Shown here in pieces: positions 13,486-24,380 of a DNA stretch of 64,000 nucleotides. Below the pieces are notes generated by a model that did no database searches, was not told where the DNA came from, and worked only from the letters and a program-made list of their open reading frames with translations. Numbering within the stretch: position 1 is the stretch's first letter; every line of letters starts with the position of its first letter. Source of the stretch: the human T2T-CHM13v2.0 reference genome, Homo sapiens; assembly GCF_009914755.1 (NCBI RefSeq), contig NC_060932.1; one strand, 5' to 3'. The translations under genes were made by a program, and so were the position numbers.

Positions 13486-15811
13486 TGATATGGTTTGGCT
13501 GTTTCCCCACCCAAACCTCATCTTGAATTGTAGCTCCCATAATTCCCACATGTCATGAGAGGGACCCAATGGGAGGCAATTGAAGCATGGAAGCAGTTCT
13601 TTTCTGTGTTTTCTCATGATAGTGAATACATGTCATGAGATCTGATGGTTTTATAAAGGGGAGTTCCCTTGCACACGCTCTCTTGCCAGCCGCCATGTAA
13701 GATGTGACTTTGCTCCTCATTTGCCCTCCACCATGATTGTGAGGCTTCCCAAGCCGTGTGGAACTGTGAGTCAATTAAACCCTATTTCTTTAAAATTACC
13801 CAGTCTTAGGTATATCTTTATTAGCAGCATGAGAACAGGTGAATATAGTAAATGGGTACTAGGTAGTGGGGTGCTGTTGTAATGATACCTGAAAATGTGG
13901 AAGCAACTTTGGAACTGGGTAACGGGCCAATGATGGAACAGTTTGGAGGGCTCAGAAGAAAAAAGGAAAATGTGGGAAAGTTTGGAACTCCTAGAGACTT
14001 GTTGAATGGATTTCACCAAAATGCTAATGGTGATATGGAAAATGAAGTCAAGACTAAGGTGATCTCAGATGGAGATGAGAAACTTCCTGGGAACTGGAGA
14101 AAAGGTCACTCTTGTTATGCTTTAACAAAGAGACTGGAAACATTTTGCCCCTGTCCTAGAGATCTGCAAAATTTTGAACTTGAGAGACTTCATTTAGGGT
14201 ATCTGGTAGAAGAAATTTCTAAGCAGCAAAGCTTTCAAGAGGTGATTTGGGTGCTGTTAAAAGTATTCAGTTTTATGTACTTCCAAAGATATGGTTTGGA
14301 ATTGGAACTTATGTTAAAAAGGGAAGCAGAGTATGAAAGTTTGGAAAATTTGCAGTCTGATGATGCAATAGGGAAAAAAAAAACATTTTCTGGGGAGAAA
14401 TTCAAGCCTACTGCAGAAATTTGCATAAATAACAAGGATTTGAATGTTAATCATCAAGGCAATGGGGAAAATGTCTCCAGGGCTTATCAGAGACCTTTAC
14501 AGCAGCCCTTCCCATCACAGGCTCAGAGACCTAGGAGGAAAATGGTGTCCTGAGCTGGGTTCAGGGTCCCTGTGCAGCTTAGGGACTTGGTTGCTTCCAA
14601 ATTGCTCCAGCCATGGCTAAAAGGGGCCAAGGCACAGCTCAGGCCATGGCTTCAGAAGGTGCAAGCCCCACGTCTTGGAAGCTTTGACATGGTGTTGAGC
14701 CTGCAGGTGCACAGAGGTCACGAATTGAGGTTTGGGAACCTCTGACTAGGATGTATCTCAGAAGTTGTATGAGAACGCCTGGATGTCCAGGCAGAGGTGG
14801 CCTGCAGTGGCAAAGCCCTCATGGAAAGCCTCTGCTAGGGCAGTGCAGAAGGTAAATGTGGGGTACAAATCCCTCACAGAGTCCCCACTGGAGCTCTGCC
14901 TAGTGGAGCTGTGAGAAGAGGATCACTGTCCTCCAGACCCCAGAATGGTAGATCCACTGACGGCTTACATTGTGCACCTGGAAAAGCTGCCAACACTCAA
15001 CACTAGCCTGTGAAACAGCCAGGAGAGGAGCTGTACCCTGCAAAGCCACAGAGGCAGAGTTGCCTAAGGCCATACAACCCCACCTCTTGCATCAAGGTGA
15101 CCTGGATGTGACACACGGAGTCAAAGAAGATCATTTTTGAGCTTTAAGATTTGACTTCCTCACTGGATTTTGGACTTGCGTGGGGCCTGTAGCTCCTTTA
15201 TTTTGGTGAATTTCTCCCATTTGGAATGGCCGTATTTACCAACCCCCTGCCCCATTGTATCTAGGAAGTAACTTGCTTCTGATTTTACAGGCTCATAGGC
15301 AGAAGAGACTTGCTTTGTCTCAGATGAAACTTTGGACTGTAAATTTTGAGTTAATGTTGAAATGAGTTATGACTTTGGGGGACTGTGGGAAGGCATGATT
15401 CATTTTGAAATGTGAGGACATGAGATTTGGGAGGGGCCAGTGGTGGAATGATACAGTTTGGCTTTGTCCCTACCCAAATATTATTTTGAATGTAGCTCCC
15501 ATAATTCCCATGTGTCATGGGAGGGACCCAGTGGGAGGTAATTGAATCATGGGGGTGGGCCTTTCCCATGCTGTTCTCATGATAAGTATCATGATAAATA
15601 TCACAAGATCTGAATTTTTTATAAAGGGGAGTCCCCCTGCACACGCTCTCTTGCCTGCCACCATGTAAGATGTAATTTTACCCCTCATTCACCTCCTGCC
15701 ATGACTGTGAGACCTTCCCAGTGATGTGGAACAATTAGTCAATTAAACCTCTTTCCTTTATAAATTACCCAGTCTCAGGTAAAACTTTATTAGCAGTGTG
15801 AGACTAATACA
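13486..15811 (+). mobile_element. Full-length THE1B MaLR provirus (5' LTR 13486-13847, internal 13848-15448, 3' LTR 15449-15811)
   Basis: Two THE1B LTRs (tgatatggtttggct...), THE1-int sequence, purine-rich PPT before the 3' LTR, perfect 5-bp TSD atcta (13481-13485 / 15812-15816). Confidence 0.96.
13882..14553 (+). pseudogene. Remnant of the THE1/MaLR internal ORF, 223 open codons
   Basis: Translation contains PRDLLNGF, FCPCPRDL and GYLVEEISKQQS, the MaLR internal ORF frame. Confidence 0.8.
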
Positions 15812-17451
15812 ATCTATTCTGGCAATTATTGTGTATTCTCCCATCTTGTTTGCATTGACAACACTGTCATGAAAAAGTATAAAGAGTTCTCCAAGTCATT
15901 AGTTCCAGGATTCAACATAGGATTTTTGTAACTCATATCCTCCATTCTCTACCCATTTTCAGGAACCTCTGCTTTCAGACCCATTTAATTAATTGATCCC
16001 TGAGATTACTGTATATGGCACATCTTTCCAATGAGATCAAAATCTCCTTTAAGAAACCAGTATTATTCACATAAATTCACTGTTATCTCCCCATTTCCAC
16101 ACAGCTGCTTTCAAAATTATTGTTGCTCAGTATATGATTGACCATAAAGAAATTACAGAAACAAATCTATTATATCTAAATTAATAGTAACACATTAGAA
16201 ATGTGGAGGTAGAAAATAGAGGTAGCATTAACAATCTCAGATTATAAAATGAATTATCCCAAAAACTATTGCCCAATCTATTGCTTATAAACAAATGCTT
16301 GTGGGCTGGGCTCCATTTAAATTTAAAATTAAGGGAAGTGTTACAACAAATTTCATTACAAAAATGTATATTTTAATACCTAAAATTTTTAGCTCATCTT
16401 TTAGTTTTAATAGAATAGATAAGATACAAAGTATTCATTCAGACTCATAATGATTCATTTTCTATTTTTTCTTATGAAACAATCAGTTAGAACTATTATA
16501 CTAATTGAAAAAAAATGGTGAGTTCTTGAATTGAGTAAAAATTCACCAATTTCTTCTTTCTCTGTTTTCCAAGGTTTGGTATTTGGTGTCAGTACAAACA
16601 TCAAAGCCTTGACCCAAAATTGAACCTAGCAATTGTAAAATCCTTCATAAGTATTACTTTCTAAGAGTACAAAATAAAATCGAAATTGGAAAACCACTGA
16701 GTATGTGCTGGGGCATGACTCATCAGTGATTTACCTAATGTGAAATAATCTTCACACTGCACAGACTAGAATTTGAATTTCCAGGTAGACCATTAAACCA
16801 CACCTTATCTTCCCTCCTTAAAGCCATTGGAAATGCACCTGCCACCTGACCTTTGAGATCTGCAAAGATACCACATTTAGATCCTTTGTCTCTTTCAACT
16901 TCCCTTTCTCACTTTTCTGGTTTCAGAGATGGCAACTCCCAGATCTGTAAGAGTACAAATAGTATAGTTAAAAGGGCAGTTTAGTCTACTCTTGCAGCCA
17001 AGTCACTCACAGAATAAACAAGTTGGCTTACAAAATTGTTAGTTTCTTCAAGAGTTTTGTTAAAAGGAGTCTCAGCTTAAGCAAACAGCCTTGTCTGCCA
17101 TCTGAAATAACTGTGGAAATTAAATTTCATAATTATGAAATATGTATATGAATTCAATCTTACATGCATAATTTTACTACTTCTTTAAGCCTGGGAAAAT
17201 ATACAGGCAAAAGAAGACAAAAGAGAAAATTTGTCTGACACCTCATGCTCTCCTCATCATCTAGCACCCTGTTTTTTTCCCTTTGTCTTCAGAAAATTAT
17301 ATGTTTCACAGAAGAAAATTTTTACAATTATTTGCTTAATTGTCTCCATTGTTAGTAAAGTTCCCAAAATATTATTACTTCCTCAATACTTTCTAAAAGA
17401 AAACAAAAGGCCCAATTTTGTTTTGCTCTTAAGATTCAAGGTATAATATAT

Positions 17452-17605
17452 TGCAACCACAAATAAATGATAAATGTTCGAGGTGATGGATATACTAATT
17501 GCCTGATTCATTCATTACACAATCTATGCATGTATCAAAACATTACATTGCACCCCCTAAAAACGTACAATTATGTGTCAATTAAAAATAAAAATAATTT
17601 TTAAA
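17452..17605 (+). mobile_element. Short L1MA 3'-terminal fragment
   Basis: aaatgataaatgttcgaggtgatggatatactaatt...gtgtcaattaaaaataaaa. Confidence 0.8.
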
Positions 17606-18619
17606 ACCTCAAGGTTTACAGATATATTATTTTGAAACCCAAACATGTAGAACTATTTAATCTCATTCTAAATAACATTTTGTTCTCGTCTGCTTTCCAC
17701 TGATATTTTTCCTGCTGCAATTGTACTTTACTGTTGGTGCTACATGTCATTGTTGGATTTCAGGTTCTGAAGCTGAGTTGCATACTCTCCCTTTTACAGA
17801 AAAAGAAGAATGGGTTTTATGATGACTGTTTGCCTTGAGAAGCCTCCTTTTCTACTCTCTCCCTGTTCATATCTACGGTGGGATGCCTAAGACAGATGAG
17901 TGGACTCTTGCCTAGTGATCTAGGAGTCAGTTTTCTAATTATTTGATCCATATTCAAAGCAGCTCCTCCCTAAATGGTGGGCTTTCTACCTGTGGGGTGT
18001 AGCCCAAATCTTATCTACTGCTGGGATCTATCACCAGCAGCAGAGATTTCTCTCCGTGATAAAAACACTTAGGTTTTGTCTATTGTTACTTTGGCCATTT
18101 GCAGGACCTGACTGAGTTTTCATGATGATAAAGAGTCAAATGGTGAGGCTGGTGGAGAAAAGCCGCTGCCCTGAGCATACCAAAGACCAGGAGTGAGCCT
18201 GAACAGCTGGCCTGGCTCCTGCTCCAGCTTGGGATGAGTCTGGGAGCAGTAGAGCTGTGATCCTTGTGGTAGATTCTCGGCAGCCCCAGGCAGCTTTTCA
18301 AAGTTAGACGCTGAAAACCAACAAATGGAACTATGAGGAAGAATAACGTAAATACCCTTACTCTACTTACAGTTCTCTTTGGGACTTTTTCCATCGAAAT
18401 GCTACTCTCAGCAATTCTCAAATCAGAAAAATTAACATGGGACAATAGTTTCTAAGTTGTTCATTATCAGTCCCTACACTAAAGCAAAAGGTAAAAATTT
18501 GAGGTACTCTGGTAAGTAAAATATCTTTTAAATTTTTATTATTTACGAAGATAAGATTTAACAAATACAAGCAGACCCCCTTTTATTGAGCTTTCCTTTA
18601 TTGTGCCACACTTTATTGT

Positions 18620-18980
18620 TGTATTAGTCCATTTTCATGCTGCTGATAAAGACTTACCTGAAACTAGGTAAATTATAAAGAAAAGAGGTTTAATTGACTC
18701 AGTTCCACAGGGCTGGAAGGCCTCACATCATGGCAGAAGGCAAGGAGGAGCAAGTCACATCCTACATGGTGGCAGAGAAGAGAGAGCTGGTGCAGGAGAA
18801 CTCCTCTTTATAAAACCATCAGATCTCCTGAGATTTATTTACTATCATGAAAACAGCAGGGAAAAGACCTGCCCCCATGATTCAATTACCTCCCAATGGA
18901 TGCCTCCCATGGCATGTGGGAATTGTGGGGAGCTACAGTCCAAGATGAGATTTGGGTGGGTACACAGCCAAACCGTGTCA
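18620..18980 (-). mobile_element. THE1B solo LTR nested in Tigger1
   Basis: tgtattagtcc...cagccaaaccgtgtca; perfect TSD attgt (18615-18619 / 18981-18985). Confidence 0.93.
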
Positions 18981-21204
18981 ATTGTGCTTCACAGATAATT
19001 GTGTTCTTTAAAAATTGAAGGTGTGTGGCAACCCCGCCTTGAACAAATTCATTGATGCCATTTTTCCAACAGCATGTGCATGTGTCTCTGTGTGACATTT
19101 TGGTAATTTTTGTAATATTTCAAACATTTTCATTACCATGATATCTGTTATTGTGATCTGTGAACAGTGATCTTTGATGTTACTATTGTAACGAAAGGGG
19201 CGCCATGAATCATGCCCATATGGGACAGTGAATTTAATTGACAAGTGTCATATGTATTCTGACTGCACCACTAACCAGTCATTCCCTTATTTCTCTCCCT
19301 CTCCTCAGGCCTCTCTATTCCCTGAGACACAACAATATTGAAATTAGGACAATTAATAATTCCACAGTGTTCTCTGAGTGTCTAAAGTAAAGGAAGAGTT
19401 GCACATCTCTCACTTTAAATCAAAAGCCTGGAATGATTAGGTTTAGTGAGGAAGGCATGCCAAAAGCCAAGATAGGCCCAAAACTAGGCACCTTTTAACC
19501 AAACACCGAAGTTATTTGTGAATATGAAGTAAAAGTTCTTTAAGGAGATTAAAAGCACTAATCCAGTGAACACACGAATGACGATAAAGTGAAACAGCCT
19601 TATTTCTGATACGCAGAAAATTTTAGTGGTCTAGGTGGAAAAATCAAACCAGCCACAACATTCCCTTAAGCTAAAGCCTAATCCAGAGCAAGTCCTAAAC
19701 TCTCTCAAATTCTATAAAGCCTGAGAGAATAAAAAAAAAAAAGTGCAGCAGAAAAAAAGTTTCAAGTTAGCAGAGGCTGGTTCTTGAGGTGTAAGGAAAG
19801 AAGCCATCTCTATAACATAAAAAGTACGAAGTAAAGCCTCAAGTGTTGATATAGATACTGCAGCAAGCTATCCAGAAGATCTAGCTAAAATCATTAATGA
19901 AAGTGGCTACACTAAACAATAGATTTTCAGTGTAGACTTAACAGTTTTATAATGGAAGGAGAGGCCATCTAGAACTGTCTTAGCCAGAGGAAAAGTCAAG
20001 GCCTGGTCTCAAAGCTTCAAAGGACGAGCTTTTTTTTTAGAAGCTTATGTAGCTGGTGACTTTAAACTGAAGCCAATGTTCATTTACCATTTTAAAAATC
20101 CTAGGCCTCTTAAGAATTATACTAAATCTAATCTACCCTGCCTATGCTCTATAAATAGAATAATAAAGCCTAGATGGCAACGCATCTGTTTACCACACAG
20201 TTTTCCAAATATTTTAAGCCCACTGTTGACCTACTGATCAGAAGAAAAGGATTACTTTCAAAAGATACTGCTCATTGACAATGTGCGAGTAATCCAAGGG
20301 CTCTGATAGAGATGTACACAGAGAGTAATGTTTTTATGCTAACACAACATTCATTCTGCGGCTTATGAATCAAGGAGTAATTTCTACTTTCAAGTCTTAT
20401 TATTTAAGAAATACATTTTATAACACTACAGCTGCCATAGATAGTGATTTCTCTGATTGATCTAGGCAAAATAAATTTGAAAACTTCTGAAAAAGACTCA
20501 CCATTCTAGATGTCATTACGGACATTTGTGATTCATGAGAAGAGTTTAAAACATCAACATTAAATAGATTTTGGAAGTTGATTTCAACCCTCATGATGAC
20601 TGAGGCATTTAAGACTGCAGTGAAGAAGGTAGCTGCAGATGTGGTAGAAATAGCAAGAGAACTAGAATCCAAAGTGGAGCCCGAAGATGTAACTGAATTG
20701 CTGCAATGTTACGATCAAACTTGAATGGATGAAGAGTTTCTTGTTACACATGAGCAAAGAAAGTGGTTTGTTAAGACAGAATTTACTCCTGATCAAGATG
20801 CTACGAACATTGTCAAAACAAGAACAAATAATTTAAGTATATTCCACACACTTAGTTGATAAAGCAGCAGCAGAGTTTGAGAGGATTGCCTCCAATTTTG
20901 AAGAACATTCTACTCTGGGTAAAATGTTATTAAATAGCATTGCATGCTATACAGCAATAATTTGTGAAACAAAGAGTCAATCAATGTGGCAAACTTTATT
21001 GTTGGTGTATTTTAAGAAATCACCACAGTCAACACCCTGATCAGTCAGTAGCCATCAACACTAAGGCAAGATCTTCCACCAGCAAGAAGATTACTACTCA
21101 GTGAGTTTTGTGTATTTTAGCAATATTTTAATTAAGGTGTACATTGTTTTTTTAGATGTAATGCTATTGTGAACTTAATAGACAACAGTATAGTATAAAT
21201 ATAA

Positions 21205-21488
21205 TTTTTTTTTGAGATGGAGTCTCACTCTGTCGCCACGCTGGAGTGCAGTGGCGTGATCTTTGACTCACTGCAAACTCTGCCTCTGGGTTCAAGCGAT
21301 TCTCCTGCCTCAGCCTCCCAAGTAGCTAGGATTACAGGCGCACCACCACACCCAGCTAATTTTTGTATTTTTACTAGAGACGGGGTTTCACCATGTTGGT
21401 CAGGATTGTCTGCATCTCTTGACCTCGTGATCCGCCCATAGGCCTCCCAAAGTGCTGGGATTACAGGCATGAGCCACCTTGCCCCTCC
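21205..21488 (-). mobile_element. AluSc nested in Tigger1
   Basis: ctctgtcgcca and gacctcgtgatccgccc diagnostics; degenerate TSD aaatata..tttt. Confidence 0.9.
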
Positions 21489-22260
21489 AAATATATCTTT
21501 TATGGGCACTGGGAAACCAAAAAAAAAAAAAAAAAATTGTGTGACTTGTTTTATTGTGGTATTTGTTTATTGCCACGGTCTGGAACCAAACCCACAGTAT
21601 CTCTAAGGTACACCTTTATCTACTATGTGCCGGGGAAAATAAACATAATAACATGCCTACCTTAAACACAGACTTTTTTCTAGTATTACTTTTTTAAACT
21701 TTAAGCTATTTGATATGTGTGTAAGGGGATAAGCAGACAATGATGCAATCCAAGATATATCTTCCCACATTTGAACAAGGTTAGACTTCAAATTACTCAA
21801 TAGTATTGTACTATGATCTTAGTGGATACTGAAAGATCTTCCTGTCTCAAAGTATCTCTGTTACATGAAGCCTAGAGGTGCTTCACACTTGAGTCAAGAT
21901 ACTCTTTATTTGTTTGAATCATTAAGTCAGACATTTCTTGTTAACAATGAGTACAGTTTTTCACCAGAAATCTACCTATCACGTAGCTCAGAGAAAAACT
22001 CTCAGAGAAAGGAAACCCGAATAGGCAAAATGTCAAGGTTCCACCTCCCACACATAGGCTACTGAGAGGTTTGTAAGACTCACAGAGGCACCTAGGGACA
22101 CTGGGCATTTAGTAAATAGATCATGAAAGAATCCTAGAAAATAAGACTACCCCTAGGCAAGGAGAAACTAAGTAGGTTAAGTTTGTCTTTTATACTCTTC
22201 CCCCCTTTTCTATAGCACTGCTGTTTCCATCCAGGGTCTTTTTTGTATCCTCAATAGATT

Positions 22261-22316
22261 TACACACACACGCTCATGCCTTCACATGCCCAGACACACA
22301 CACACATACACATATA
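22261..22316. repeat. Interrupted (CA)n
   Basis: tacacacacacg...gacacacacacacatacacat. Confidence 0.7.
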
Positions 22317-23148
22317 ACAGAGAGACTCCAGTTTGCGCCAATGAAATTCAACTCATACCAACTCAGAAAAACACATAATGCCCTATATTTTACACACTTT
22401 GAAAATACTTGCATTTTTATAGAAATACTTGCATTTTATCAACTCAAAACCCTTTCTAACGAAGGAAATCTTTTTCTAATACTGAAAGTTGGCAGTTGGC
22501 AAAGAAAATTTGGGTTCCACAGAAACAGGCCTAGCCTCTTCCCACCACCATCTTTCATACACTTGGGGGAAAATGTATCACCACATAGGCTGCAAAGTCA
22601 AAATCAAGCTTTACCAACATTACAATTTCACATAGAGCTCCTTGACTTGTACTAGACATTCAACATATATTTGTTGAAGGGAAGAAAAATATATGAAGGA
22701 GGGAATTGTCTGAAACTATAGTATACAACACTTAAGTGACTATACATCAATTTATATACCTAATTTTAGGTAGAATTAAATTATAACTTGAAATTTTAAA
22801 AATATTTTTGGATGGCAAAATATTTTGAAACATTTTTGAGATGTCAAACCCCAATGTAAGTTTATATATTCAGAAAAAAAATATTTGGTCCAAGTGAAGA
22901 AAATCTTTAATTATTGTTCTTTTACTCTGAAGGAAAGAAAGATTTCAATATCCTTCCCATGAAATACGATTATGTGACAAAAAGACAGTAAATATGTTAT
23001 ATTTTTAAAAACTTCTACAATCAAATTATTGGCATCATTAATCAGTTTCAATAACTCTGAATGTTTCCCATCTACTCTTTAGCCTTACCCATGGAGTTGA
23101 GCAACCTACTTTACACCTTAAAAATACGCTGTCCCAGACATCTAAATA

Positions 23149-23180
23149 TGCAGTTCACAGATTCCACCACTAGAGGGCAA
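23149..23180 (+). promoter_or_regulatory. CTCF binding site with upstream motif
   Basis: Core CCACTAGAGGGCA (23167-23179) fits CCASYAGRKGGCR; TGCAG at 23149-23153 lies 13 nt upstream of the core. Confidence 0.72.
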
Positions 23181-23729
23181 TAAAAGTTGATTCCACGCCA
23201 TACCATGAAAATAAAAGGGAGTTTAAATTTCACAGGATGCTTTTCTGACCAATATTATATGTAATAACTTAATGGATTATATATACATTGATTATGAAAA
23301 GTCAGCAGCACACATCACTGGTCAATTTCTATTGCAAGGGAGAAGTAATTTGAGTCTAGAAAAATCTTATACTTACAACATAAAATTCTACCTCCACAGA
23401 ACTTACTCACCAATGAAAAATTGTAGGAATAATAGCTTTCTGTGACTCAATAACCAGGTTACCATTATCAAGAATAGAATTTATCTTCCTATGATGCTCA
23501 AATGCACAGGAAAAATGCATATCTAGGAGAATGGATAAACTCTGAGTGACATAGGAAAATAAATAATTCTATAAATGGAAAAAGCATGAATGCATTCAGG
23601 AAGGGGCAGTTTGCTCTGCTCTACTGTGGATACACACGTAAAGAGTCCAAGAAACATGAAATCACTTCCAGAAAGTAATTGGCAAGAGAAGAGCATTATC
23701 ATGGATGGAGAAAAAAGGAAGAGATTTTT

Positions 23730-23883
23730 ATGTTTGTGTTTGTTTATTTTTAGAGACAGGATCTCATTCTGTCACCCAGGCTGGAGTGCAGGGGCCCCAA
23801 TCATAGCTCACTGCAGCCTCAAACTCCTGGGCTCAAGTGATCCTCCTGTCACAGCCTCCTGAGTACCTGGGACTACAGGTGCA
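23730..23883 (-). mobile_element. AluJ right arm / FRAM-like fragment
   Basis: gagacaggatctcattctgtcacccaggctggagtgca...gactacagg; agagattttt repeated on both sides. Confidence 0.85.
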
Positions 23884-24380
23884 AGGAGAGATTTTTTTAT
23901 ATTTTTATTACTTACTTATTTCTCTACTTGATTTATCTTTGAAATATAAGGAAACAGTGGCTTTCAGGTAAGTATCCCAATGGAATAAAGGAACTGAGGA
24001 TGCTACTGGAGCCCAGCCAATGGTTGAACACCTTGTAATAATGCTAGTGAAATATAGCCAAATCATTTGAACTACAAACATCCTCTCTGAAAACAATTTT
24101 AAAATATCTACCTTAATTTAGGTGTTAAGAAAGTTATATTTTCTTTAATTGGGTCAAATAAATAATGTCTAAACCTCATGGATATAAACTAATCTGACTC
24201 CTACAATTTGGAAAATGCTTCTTTAAAGGAGTACTCTGACTCCTGTTTTAAACCAAAATAGTAACCGTTGTAAAGCATCATTGCTACAGAAACTGTATAT
24301 TTTATATTATATTCAATAATCACTATATAAAATGAGAAATTAATCATCATACACTAATTTAATTGGTGGAATTAATATTT

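Larger units (their letters stand above)
18568..21616 (+). mobile_element. Full-length Tigger1 (pogo-like) DNA transposon with decayed transposase, interrupted by a THE1B LTR and an AluSc
   Basis: Both degenerate TIRs (caagcagacccc... / ...ctaaggtacacctt), TA flanks at 18566-18567 and 21617-21618, continuous Tigger1 internal sequence. Confidence 0.93.

Noticed and set aside
18086-18445. 119-aa minus-strand ORF in unique DNA
   Set aside because: Non-ATG start, no recognisable domain and no supporting gene structure.
19360-20760. Tigger1 transposase as a possible domesticated gene
   Set aside because: No long plus-strand ORF in the track; multiple stops and frameshifts.
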